From an uncultured delta proteobacterium (lineage in GTDB: Bacteria > Myxococcota_A > Polyangia > Polyangiales > Houyiibacteriaceae): a DNA stretch of 64,000 nucleotides. The stretch spans positions 32,001 through 96,000 of the forward strand of contig CAVOVB010000006.1 of the NCBI GenBank assembly GCA_963699755.1, given 5' to 3'. A model generated the notes under the pieces. That model saw only the letters and a program-made list of their open reading frames with translations. It was not told the DNA's origin and made no database searches. The translations under genes were made by a program, and so were the position numbers. Positions 37,293 through 45,703 of the stretch are shown piece by piece (the first letter of the stretch is position 1; every line of letters begins with the position of its first letter).

Positions 37293-38582
37293 ATGTCGGA
37301 CCCGATCTCCCGAGAGCTCTTTGCACGTGCCTCCAACGTCATTCCTGGGGGGGTCAACTCTCCTGTTCGCGCCTTCGGCGCGGTGGGGGGGGAGCCGATC
37401 TTCATCAAGGAAGCCCATGGCCCGATCATGGTGGGCGCCGACGGGACCGAATACATCGATTACATCGGCTCCTGGGGGGCGATGATTCTCGGGCATGCTC
37501 AGCCGGACGTCGTCTCGGTGATCCAGCGTGCCGCCGAAAAGGGCTCGAGCTACGGCGCGCCGACCGAGGCGGAGATCACGATGGCCGAGCGGATTCGCGA
37601 TGCGGTTCCGTCCATGGAGATGTCGAGGCTGGTCTCGAGTGGCACCGAAGCGACGATGGGCGCGATTCGGGTCGCGCGCGGATACACCGGCCGCGACCTC
37701 ATCGTGAAGTGTATCGGCGGTTATCACGGCGGGGCCGACTACCTGCTGGTGAAAGGCGGCAGCGGCCTCGCGACTCTTGGTGAGCCCGACAGCGCCGGCG
37801 TGCCGACTGCGATCGCCGAGACTACTCTCGTCGTGCCCTACAATGACTGGTACGCCGCGGAGAAGATCTTCTCCGAGCGTGGGAGCGAGATCGCGGCGAT
37901 GATTTTCGAGCCGGTCGCCGGCAACATGGGCTGCATCCCCCCGGACCCGGAATGGCTCTACGCGCTCCGCACGCAGACCCAGAACCACGGTGCGCTCCTG
38001 ATCTGCGACGAGGTGATGACCGGTTTTCGGGTTGCCTGGGGCGGTGCTCAGAACCGCTACGACATTCAGCCTGACCTCACCTGCCTAGGGAAGATCATCG
38101 GGGGAGGCCTGCCGGTCGGAGCCTACGGTGGAAAGCGTGAAATCATGCAGAAAATCGCGCCTCTCGGCCCGGTCTATCAAGCCGGGACCCTAAGCGGGAA
38201 TCCGCTCGCGGTTGCGGCGGGCTTGAGCACGATCGAGCACCTGCTCCGCCCCGGTGTCTACGAGGACTTGGAACACAAGGGCGCCGAAGTTCAGGAGCTA
38301 ATCGAGCGCCACGCCGTTCTTGCGGGCGTGCCGATCACCGTGCAGCGGGTGGGATCGATGCTCACCGCCTACTTCCGGGCAGGACGAGTGCGCAACTGGG
38401 ACGAGGCCGCGGATACCGATCGCGACGCCTTCGGCCGCTGGCACGCGGCCCTCCTCGAACACGGGGTCTACTGGCCCTGTAGCCAGTTCGAAGCGGCCTT
38501 CGTTTCGCTCGCGCACGACGGCGAAACGCTTGAGAAGACCGGGCGGGCATTCAAGGCCGCCTTCGACGCGCTTCGCTCCTGA
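37293..38582 (+). CDS. hemL: Glutamate-1-semialdehyde 2,1-aminomutase
   Basis: IPGGVNSPVRAF, SSGTEAT, DEVMTGFR, LGKIIGGGLPVGAYGG, YQAGTLSGNP. Confidence 0.96.
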   Translation: MSDPISRELFARASNVIPGGVNSPVRAFGAVGGEPIFIKEAHGPIMVGADGTEYIDYIGSWGAMILGHAQPDVVSVIQRAAEKGSSYGAPTEAEITMAERIRDAVPSMEMSRLVSSGTEATMGAIRVARGYTGRDLIVKCIGGYHGGADYLLVKGGSGLATLGEPDSAGVPTAIAETTLVVPYNDWYAAEKIFSERGSEIAAMIFEPVAGNMGCIPPDPEWLYALRTQTQNHGALLICDEVMTGFRVAWGGAQNRYDIQPDLTCLGKIIGGGLPVGAYGGKREIMQKIAPLGPVYQAGTLSGNPLAVAAGLSTIEHLLRPGVYEDLEHKGAEVQELIERHAVLAGVPITVQRVGSMLTAYFRAGRVRNWDEAADTDRDAFGRWHAALLEHGVYWPCSQFEAAFVSLAHDGETLEKTGRAFKAAFDALRS

Positions 38583-38624
38583 AAATCCGAGATTTTCGCT
38601 GGATCGCATGGTCCCGGACCAACC

Positions 38625-38652
38625 TTGACCCCACATACCCCCGTGCTATACG
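38625..38652 (+). promoter_or_regulatory. Candidate sigma-70 promoter of the atp operon
   Basis: TTGACC-N16-TATACG with an extended -10 TG. Confidence 0.45.
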
Positions 38653-38708
38653 CCGCCCGCTCTTTGGGCGTCGATGCTTAGGAAGTATAGGCAAAAGATG
38701 GGCTCGCC

Positions 38709-38957
38709 ATGTTCATTCCCCGGGACCAGCGGGAGCAACTCAAGCAGGTTCTCGGTTTGTCGACAATCGGCCTCGAGCTGGGTCTCTCGATCGCCGTTGG
38801 CTACTTCGGTGGACGCTGGTTGGATCGCCAGTTTGGCACCGGGCCCTGGCTTCAATGGTTCGGATTAGCTCTGGGCCTTGCCGCAGGCGTCCGAAGCCTC
38901 TACAGGGTCGTCCGCCGAGCAAAGAAAATCCTGGAAGACGAAGATAAGAAGCCGTGA
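38709..38957 (+). CDS. AtpZ/AtpI-family small membrane protein
   Basis: GLELGLSIAVGYFGGRWLDRQFGTGPW motif; first gene before atpB. Confidence 0.85.
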   Translation: MFIPRDQREQLKQVLGLSTIGLELGLSIAVGYFGGRWLDRQFGTGPWLQWFGLALGLAAGVRSLYRVVRRAKKILEDEDKKP

Positions 38958-39334
38958 TCGATCACCTCAAAACCGAGACTCCGCGCTACGTGGCCATTGC
39001 AGCCGTGCTTCTTGCGGCGCTTGCGTTTGCGATCGGTGGGACCGAAGTTGGCATCGGCGCGGCAGTCGGCGGGGTCGTTGCGCTGGTCGACGCCTGGGCA
39101 ATCATCTGGCTGGTCAGCGAAATCCTCACCGGCGCAGGCTTGAGCCGGGCCATTGCCGTCGCGCTGCTGGCCAGCAAGCTCATCATTGTGCTCGCCATTT
39201 GCTGGGCCTTGCTCACTCGCCTAGCGATCAACCCCATGGGGTTCGCGGTGGGGCTAGGCGCTCTAGTCGTGGGAATGCTCTACGCGGGTGCCAGACTATC
39301 CGTCCTAGAAGCTCAGGCCAGGAGGGAAGGGTAA
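38954..39334 (+). CDS. atpI: ATP synthase subunit I-like membrane protein
   Basis: Four TM helices, directly upstream of atpB. Confidence 0.7.
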   Translation: MIDHLKTETPRYVAIAAVLLAALAFAIGGTEVGIGAAVGGVVALVDAWAIIWLVSEILTGAGLSRAIAVALLASKLIIVLAICWALLTRLAINPMGFAVGLGALVVGMLYAGARLSVLEAQARREG

Positions 39335-39337
39335 ATC

Positions 39338-40141
39338 ATGCCGCACGGCGAGTCATGGTTCAGCTTCCTGCCCTTCTACGAGTCCCTGGCGCATTGGCTC
39401 TCCGAGTTCTTTGGCCCGAGCTATCTCGAGCACAATCCCCATCTGAGCGCACAGTTCGTCCTAGGGTATGCGCTCGTCATTCTAAGCCTCATCCTCGTCG
39501 CGTTGATGGTTCACCGGCGGCTGAAGAACCCCGAAGACCACATCCTTCCCGAGGGTAAGGTCAGCCTCTATGGCTTCATCGAGACCATCGTCGGCGCGAC
39601 CTACAAGATGTCTTCCGACTTGATGGGAGCGAAGCCTGCGCGCTACTTCTTGCCGCTGATCGGCAGCTGCGCATTGGTGATTTTCTTTTCGAATGTCTTG
39701 GGTCTTATCCCGGGCTTCCTGCCGCCTACGAGCAACCTGAGCACGACCTTTGCGATGGCGATCGTCATCTTTTTCGCTACCCATATCTACGGTATCAAAG
39801 AGCACGGTTTCGCGAAGTATTTTGGCCACCTCTTCGGCCCGCCGGTTCCCTGGTGGATCGCCTGGTTCATCCGTCCATTGGTGTTCCTGATTGAGATGAT
39901 CAGCCATTTCGTGCGTCCGATCACGCTTGCGGTTCGTCTCATGGCCAACATGACGGCCGACCACATGGTGCTCGCGATCTTCGTCGGCCTGTTTGCGGTC
40001 GCCTTGAACATGGTTTGGCTGCCGGTGCCGGTGGTCTTCTACATCCTGGGTTGTCTGGTCGTGACCGTTCAGACGCTCGTCTTCTGCCTGCTCTCGGTCA
40101 TCTACATCGCGCTTGCGATTCAACACGAAGAAGAACACTAA
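39338..40141 (+). CDS. atpB: FoF1 ATP synthase subunit a
   Basis: NVLGLIPG, PPTSNL, RPITLAVRLMANM (essential Arg), QTLVFCLLS. Confidence 0.95.
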   Translation: MPHGESWFSFLPFYESLAHWLSEFFGPSYLEHNPHLSAQFVLGYALVILSLILVALMVHRRLKNPEDHILPEGKVSLYGFIETIVGATYKMSSDLMGAKPARYFLPLIGSCALVIFFSNVLGLIPGFLPPTSNLSTTFAMAIVIFFATHIYGIKEHGFAKYFGHLFGPPVPWWIAWFIRPLVFLIEMISHFVRPITLAVRLMANMTADHMVLAIFVGLFAVALNMVWLPVPVVFYILGCLVVTVQTLVFCLLSVIYIALAIQHEEEH

Positions 40142-40182
40142 GTTTCCCTCTCGGAAGAGGGGTTTTGAGGAGGCTCTCGAAC

Positions 40183-40500
40183 ATGAAGAAAATGGCTCTA
40201 CGACTGGTCGGCCTGATTGCGCCGCTTGCTTTGACCGCAACTGCTTTTGCACAGGATGCGGAAGGCGGAGAGGACGCTGTGGCGGTCGCCGGCAAGGCGA
40301 TGGCAGCGGGCCTCTGCATCGGCATCGCAGCATTCGGCTGCGGCTTGGGTCAGGGTCGCGCAGCGGCCACTGCCCTCGAGGGCATCGCCCGAAATCCGAA
40401 CGCATCGGGGAAGATCCTGGTGCCTCTGATTCTCGGTTTGGCGCTCATCGAGTCGCTCTGTATCTACGCCCTGGTCATCTCGTTCACGATTCTGGGCTGA
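40183..40500 (+). CDS. atpE: FoF1 ATP synthase subunit c with N-terminal signal-peptide-like extension
   Basis: GLGQG, ARNP loop, LIESLCIY; GAGGAGG SD before ATG 40183. Confidence 0.95.
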   Translation: MKKMALRLVGLIAPLALTATAFAQDAEGGEDAVAVAGKAMAAGLCIGIAAFGCGLGQGRAAATALEGIARNPNASGKILVPLILGLALIESLCIYALVISFTILG

Positions 40501-40576
40501 GTCTTCGCCTGCGTCGGGGCGTTCCGGTTTTGGCGCACCCTGGCGGGCATCGAGTTCTCGGACCATAATTGTACCT

Positions 40577-41086
40577 ATGACCAGCGAGCATGAAGCAAGC
40601 CTGACGCCGGAACCCGCTCCCAAGCGGGGTCTCTCAGGTGCGGCCAAAGTCGGGATCGTGTTCATCATGCTCGTGGGTGCGGCCGCTTGGTTGCTTTCAG
40701 GCAGCGACAACCCGTTCGTATATTCGAAGCTGGTACATGAGGTGATGGCGGAGCCTGCTGCCCATGAAGGCCGCCGCCTCCGGGTCGAGGGCGAGCTTCG
40801 GCAGGGTTCGATCCAGTTCCGCGAAGATCCGTGCGAGTGGCGTTTCGTCCTTTACAAGGAGGACAAGGAAATGCCCGTGCGCTTCCCGCAGTGCGTCGTG
40901 CCTGACACATTCCGCGATGGGATGGGGATCCAAGTGACCGTACAGGGCGAGCTCGACGCAGACGGAGTCTTCCTCGCCAACCAGGTCATTCCGCGCTGCC
41001 CTTCGAAGTACGAGATGCAGGAGCGCTTGAAAGCCGGCGAGGAAATGCCCTACGACCCGAACGCGCGGCTACCAGGCCACAGCTAG
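40577..41086 (+). CDS. ccmE: Cytochrome c maturation heme chaperone CcmE, CxxxY type
   Basis: N-terminal TM, RLRVEG, VPDTFRDG, CPSKY. Confidence 0.85.
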   Translation: MTSEHEASLTPEPAPKRGLSGAAKVGIVFIMLVGAAAWLLSGSDNPFVYSKLVHEVMAEPAAHEGRRLRVEGELRQGSIQFREDPCEWRFVLYKEDKEMPVRFPQCVVPDTFRDGMGIQVTVQGELDADGVFLANQVIPRCPSKYEMQERLKAGEEMPYDPNARLPGHS

Positions 41087-41094
41087 CGAGGCCC

Positions 41095-41134
41095 GAAACG
41101 AGAAAGCCCGCCTCCAGGAGGGAGACGGGCCTTC
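41095..41134 (-). terminator. Probable intrinsic terminator between convergent genes
   Basis: Minus-strand stem GAAGGCCCGTCTCC / GGAGGCGGGCTTTC (two G-U pairs), followed by TCGTTT. Confidence 0.6.
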
Positions 41135-41155
41135 GAACGTCCTTGCGACGAGGTG

Positions 41156-41803
41156 CTACTCGGTGTCGATCTGCGCGTTGCGCTTCTCGTGACGCGTCTT
41201 CTCCCGTTCCTCCGCCGCGTCGATATTGCGTATCTGCTTCTCATAGAGAGCTTGGACGCGCTCACGCCGGCTCTGGATCTCCTTTAGCTGAGCGATGTGG
41301 CGCTTGTCTTCCTGCGCGTGTGCGCGCTCCTTGCGCGCAGCCTTGGCAGCGGCGGCCCTTTCGGCCTGCTTTGCGCGAAAGGCTTCTTGCTTGGCCTTCT
41401 GCTCCGCCTTGCGAGCCTCCACCTTGGCGTTCTGCTCGGCCCTCTGGGCTTCTGCCTTGGCTTTCTGCTCGGCCCTCTGGGCCTCTGCCTTGGCTTTCTG
41501 CTCGGCCCTCTGGGCCTCTGCCTTGGCGTTCTGCTCGGCCCTCTGGGCCTCTGCCTTGGCTTTCTGAGCGTCTGCCTTGGCTTTCTGCTCCGCCTTCCGA
41601 GCTTCGGCCTCCTTCTCGGCACCCGCCTTGGCGTCCTTTGCTTCTGCCTTGGCTTGGTCAGCCTCGTCGTTGGCGTCCTCGGCCCCCTTCTTGGCCACGC
41701 CCTTCGCGTCGTCGCCAAGATCGGCGCTTGCGATCGGAACGGTCACGGCAAAAATGCCGAAGATCAGCGCCAATGCGATCAATGAAGATGGAACAACTCT
41801 CAT
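41156..41803 (-). CDS. Secreted Ala/Lys/Glu/Gln-rich helical repeat protein
   Basis: GGAGG SD, signal peptide ending ASA-D, AEAQRAEQ(K/N)AK repeats. Confidence 0.75.
   Translation of the reverse strand: MRVVPSSLIALALIFGIFAVTVPIASADLGDDAKGVAKKGAEDANDEADQAKAEAKDAKAGAEKEAEARKAEQKAKADAQKAKAEAQRAEQNAKAEAQRAEQKAKAEAQRAEQKAKAEAQRAEQNAKVEARKAEQKAKQEAFRAKQAERAAAAKAARKERAHAQEDKRHIAQLKEIQSRRERVQALYEKQIRNIDAAEEREKTRHEKRNAQIDTE
41422..41566. repeat. 33-bp coding tandem repeat (about 4.4 copies)
   Basis: CCTTGGC(T/G)TTCTGCTCGGCCCTCTGGGC(C/T)TCTG units starting at 41422, 41455, 41488 and 41521, with a partial unit at 41554. Confidence 0.92.
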
Positions 41804-41907
41804 TCTCTTCCTCCTTGGGGTGTGCTCGACGGACTTGCCTCCGCACACATTCATCTCGTCTGCACAGTAGGGTGCAAATCAAATGCGCCCAAGTCGTTTG
41901 GAGATTC

Positions 41908-41939
41908 TTGACCTGATTGACTAAACAACCGTACAGTGC
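41908..41939 (+). promoter_or_regulatory. Sigma-70 promoter overlapped by a LexA-like box
   Basis: TTGACC(41908)-N18-TACAGT(41932). CTAAACAACCGTACAGT (41921-41937) matches the M. xanthus LexA consensus at 14/17. Confidence 0.65.
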
Positions 41940-41944
41940 TGTGC

Positions 41945-44365
41945 ATGAGCACAGTGGGGGGGCATACAGGCGGCGAAAGACCCCCTTTTCGTCGGACAAA
42001 CGAGCCATGGGCCAGGCCCCGGGGTGCAGCAGAGGTCCTGAGAGGCTGGAGGTCTGGCGGGACATGGCGGAACGTCACTTGGAGCCACGTCGTGGAGCCT
42101 CACGAGGCGAGCATCGCCCCGATGCCGGAGGCGCTCGCGCCGCTCCTGGTGAAGGCGCTACAGCAGCGAGGGATTCGCGAGCTGTACAGCCATCAGGCGC
42201 TCGCGTTCGAGCTCGCGTCTGAAGGCAAGCATCTGGTCGTCGCGACGCCGACCGCTTCGGGGAAGAGTCTTTGCTACAACCTGCCGATTCTCCAGGCGCT
42301 CGCTTCCGACCGAAGCGCGACGGCGCTCTACCTCTTTCCGACCAAAGCGCTCGCCCGCGATCAGGAAGAGGCGCTGCGTGCTCTGATGCGCGATGCAGAC
42401 TTGAACGTTGGCGCGATCACCTATGATGGCGACACCCCGAACGATGCACGGCGAGCTGCGCGACAGCGTGCTGGGGTGCTTCTCAGCAACCCGGACATGC
42501 TGCACGCAGGCATCATGCCGCATCACACGGGTTGGGCCCGGCTCTTCTCCAACTTGAAGTATGTCGTCATCGACGAGCTGCACAGCTATCGTGGGGTCTT
42601 TGGCTCGCACCTTGCCAACGTGATCCGCCGCTTGCAGCGCATTGCACGGTTTCATGGCTCGTCGCCGAGGTTCTTGTTTGCATCGGCTACGATAGGCAAT
42701 CCGCGTGAGCATGCGTCACGAATCTGCGGTGAGCCGGTCGAGCTCGTCGATGAGAGCGGCGCCCCGACCGGGCATCGGCAGCTCGTCGTCTACAATCCAC
42801 CGATCGTCAACGCTGAGCTCGGTATTCGCCAGAGCTACATCAAGACGGCGGTGCGGCTGACCCAGGATCTCGTGCGCGCCGGCGTTCCGACCTTGGTGTT
42901 TGGCAATTCCCGCAACGGTGTCGAGGTGATGCTCAAGTACCTCCGCGACAAGCTGGCGCGCGACCAGATCGATCCGTCCGCGATCCACGCGTACCGGGGT
43001 GGCTATCTGCCTCAGACCCGCAGGCGAATCGAGTCTGCGCTTAGGGCAGGCGACATCCGTTGTGTCGTGGCGACCAACGCCCTCGAGCTCGGCATCGATA
43101 TCGGCGCGCTCGATGCAGTGGTCTGCGCCGGGTACCCGGGGACGATGGCCGGACTTTGGCAGCGCTTCGGCCGGGCAGGGCGGAGGCGAGACCTCTCGCT
43201 TGCCGTGCTCGTGTCATCGAGCAATCCGGTCGACCAGTACATGGCACGACATCCTCGTCAGCTGGTCTCGGCGCCGATCGAGCATGCTCGAATCGACCCG
43301 GACAACATCGAGATTCTCATTCAGCACCTCAAGTGCGCAGCCTTCGAGCTCCCGTTCGGGCCCGGCGACCTATACGGCGACGTCCCGGACGACGCGCTCC
43401 GCGAAGCGCTCCACTACTTGGCCGAGAACGGAGTCGTGCACCCGAGCTCCACGGCGGCCGGCTCGATCTACCACTGGGCTTCTGACAGCTACCCAGCCAA
43501 CAACGTCTCGCTTCGGAGCGCTAGCTGGGACAACTTCGTCATCATCGACATCGATGGGCATCGAACGATCGCCGAGATGGATTGGCGGAGCACCCACACC
43601 ATGTTGCACGAGCAGGCGATCTATCAGCACGAGGGCGGGCAGTACCAAGTCGAGCGGCTCGATTTCGACAACCACAAAGCCTTCGTGCGCCGTGTGAAGC
43701 CGGACTACTACACGACGGCGATGACGCACAGCAAGGTCGCGGTCCTCGAGGAAGACGAGAGCGCCACGATCGAGCTAGGCGAAGTTCCGCTCGAGGCCGC
43801 GCTCGGCGACGTGAGCGTCATCGAGAAGGTCGTGGGTTACAAGAAGATCAAATACCACACGCACGAGAACGTCGGCTATGGCGAGGTGCACCTTCCCGAG
43901 ATGCAGAAGCACACGACCGCGTTCTGGCTCACGTTCCCGGAAAAATTCGTGCGAAATCAGACCGAGCCGCGGGCCGTGGTGGTGGATGCTTTGCGAGGGC
44001 TCTCGAAAGCCATGCATCTGGTGGGCGCCGTGGGGCTCATGATCGACCCGCGCGATCTAGGCCGAACGCTCGGCAGTCGCAACGAAGACGAGGTGTCGCC
44101 TGGAAAAGGGCAGGGTCCAGGCTTCGATCCTACGATCTTCCTCTACGACACCGTCGCAGGGGGGATTGGCTTGGCGTCACGCTTGTTTGAAGAGCGAGAG
44201 GAGGTTCTGCGTCGCGCGCGGCACTTGATAGAGAGCTGCGAATGCGAAGAGGGCTGCCCTGGCTGCATCGGTCCGGATGCGTCTGGCGATGACGAGCCCG
44301 AAGCGGCGCGGAAACGATTGGTGCTCGGTTTACTGGATGCCGTCGGCGTGAGCGCCACACACTGA
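41945..44365 (+). CDS. DEAD/DEAH-box helicase with C-terminal DUF1998 (MrfA/SftH/Hrq1 family)
   Basis: TPTASGKS, PTKALARDQ, DELH, SATIGNP, ATNALELGIDIG, QRFGRAGR, YDTVAGGIG, C-terminal CECEEGCPGC. Confidence 0.92.
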   Translation: MSTVGGHTGGERPPFRRTNEPWARPRGAAEVLRGWRSGGTWRNVTWSHVVEPHEASIAPMPEALAPLLVKALQQRGIRELYSHQALAFELASEGKHLVVATPTASGKSLCYNLPILQALASDRSATALYLFPTKALARDQEEALRALMRDADLNVGAITYDGDTPNDARRAARQRAGVLLSNPDMLHAGIMPHHTGWARLFSNLKYVVIDELHSYRGVFGSHLANVIRRLQRIARFHGSSPRFLFASATIGNPREHASRICGEPVELVDESGAPTGHRQLVVYNPPIVNAELGIRQSYIKTAVRLTQDLVRAGVPTLVFGNSRNGVEVMLKYLRDKLARDQIDPSAIHAYRGGYLPQTRRRIESALRAGDIRCVVATNALELGIDIGALDAVVCAGYPGTMAGLWQRFGRAGRRRDLSLAVLVSSSNPVDQYMARHPRQLVSAPIEHARIDPDNIEILIQHLKCAAFELPFGPGDLYGDVPDDALREALHYLAENGVVHPSSTAAGSIYHWASDSYPANNVSLRSASWDNFVIIDIDGHRTIAEMDWRSTHTMLHEQAIYQHEGGQYQVERLDFDNHKAFVRRVKPDYYTTAMTHSKVAVLEEDESATIELGEVPLEAALGDVSVIEKVVGYKKIKYHTHENVGYGEVHLPEMQKHTTAFWLTFPEKFVRNQTEPRAVVVDALRGLSKAMHLVGAVGLMIDPRDLGRTLGSRNEDEVSPGKGQGPGFDPTIFLYDTVAGGIGLASRLFEEREEVLRRARHLIESCECEEGCPGCIGPDASGDDEPEAARKRLVLGLLDAVGVSATH

Positions 44366-44371
44366 GAAGCA

Positions 44372-45550
44372 ATGTCGATCAAACGCGGCCTGGCACGACT
44401 TGCGCAAATCACCCCCCGGCAGCTCGATGTAGCCAGCGTTCGCGGAGCGCTCCCCGGCCAGCGTCGCGAAACGGAGCACGGCGAGTTGCACCTCATCGAC
44501 GAGTATCTCGAGCCACAACATCACCACGGACGGGCACCGATTGCCAAGGCACTTCAGGTGTCGACCGAGCGCTTGGCGCAGCTCGCCTTGGATCCTTCAC
44601 TCGAGAGCATCGACCTTCAGCGTGCCTTGTTCCTCGACACGGAGACCACCGGCCTCGCGGGGGGGACAGGGACGGTACCGTTTCTGATCGGCATCGGCTG
44701 GTTCGAGGACCAATCCATGCGGATCCAACAGCTGTTCCTACCGGAGCTCGGTCGGGAAGCACCGATGTTGAATTGGCTTCGTGAGCGGGTGAAGGAGAGC
44801 TCTTGTCTGGTGTCCTTCAATGGCAAAACCTTCGATTGGCCGCTCTTGCGGAACCGTTTCGTCCTCAATCGCGTCCGCGCACCGGCTCTGCCACCCCATC
44901 TCGACTTGCTGCATTGCGCGCGTCGGGTCTTGCGGCCGCGGCTGAAGTCGGTGCGACTGGTGGAGCTCGAACGACGGGTGCTCGGTATGTACCGGGAAGA
45001 CGACGTCTCCGGTGCGTTGATCCCTCAGCTCTACTTCGACTACCTCGACGGCGGAGACGTCTCACCCATTGCAAAGGTCATCGAGCACAACGCAAATGAC
45101 TTGATCGCCTTGGCCGCGCTTCTAGCCGAGCTCGTCGGTCATTTCGACGAGGTGCATGGCAGCGATGATCCGAGGGACCACCTCGCCTATGCCAAGGTGG
45201 CCGAACGCACCGGCGATCGAGCGCGGGCACGTTCTTTTGCGGTTGCGGCTGCCCAAGGTGGTGGGGAGTCTGCATGTACCGTGGAGGCCTGCATGCTCAA
45301 TGCACGCATGGCGCGTCGCGGAGGCGACGTCGACGAGGAAGAAAGAGCGCTCCTGGAGGCCCTGCGGGCGGCCGACGACGAGCTTCTCCGCGCCGTCGTT
45401 CAGCTCGCTCTTTCGAAGCTCTACGAGCATCGGCGCAAAGACCTCGACCGGGCGCTCGAGCACGCGCTGGGCACTGGGCTTGCCGAGGGAGACGAGGCAG
45501 CCGAGCGAAGGCAGGCTCGCTTGGAGCGCCGCCTGGGTCGTCGGACCTGA
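44372..45550 (+). CDS. RNase H-like DEDD exonuclease with TPR-like tail (YprB/MrfB family)
   Basis: FLDTETTGL, SFNGKTFDWP, HLDLLH, HNANDL, KLYEH; 6 bp after the helicase. Confidence 0.88.
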   Translation: MSIKRGLARLAQITPRQLDVASVRGALPGQRRETEHGELHLIDEYLEPQHHHGRAPIAKALQVSTERLAQLALDPSLESIDLQRALFLDTETTGLAGGTGTVPFLIGIGWFEDQSMRIQQLFLPELGREAPMLNWLRERVKESSCLVSFNGKTFDWPLLRNRFVLNRVRAPALPPHLDLLHCARRVLRPRLKSVRLVELERRVLGMYREDDVSGALIPQLYFDYLDGGDVSPIAKVIEHNANDLIALAALLAELVGHFDEVHGSDDPRDHLAYAKVAERTGDRARARSFAVAAAQGGGESACTVEACMLNARMARRGGDVDEEERALLEALRAADDELLRAVVQLALSKLYEHRRKDLDRALEHALGTGLAEGDEAAERRQARLERRLGRRT

Positions 45551-45646
45551 ACCTTTTTGCACCAGCTTCGAAGGGCCCTGGCACGGCCTGGCACAGCCCG
45601 ATATCCTCTGATTGGCGAAATCACGACAGATTTCTGCCGTCGGTGC

Positions 45647-45662
45647 TGGCACCGAAGTTGCT
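45647..45662 (+). promoter_or_regulatory. Sigma-54 (-24/-12) promoter
   Basis: TGGCAC-CGAAG-TTGCT is a perfect consensus match, 41 nt before ATG 45704. Confidence 0.8.
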
Positions 45663-45703
45663 TAAAGACGCGCAGAGGTTCCCCTTATGCCCGGAGAGAA
45701 GCA

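Noticed and set aside
41945..44365. DUF1998 helicase as a DISARM or Druantia defence gene
   Set aside because: It is a single fused helicase-DUF1998 paired with a YprB-like exonuclease, with no methylase, drm or dru partners. This fits the MrfAB/SftH repair type.
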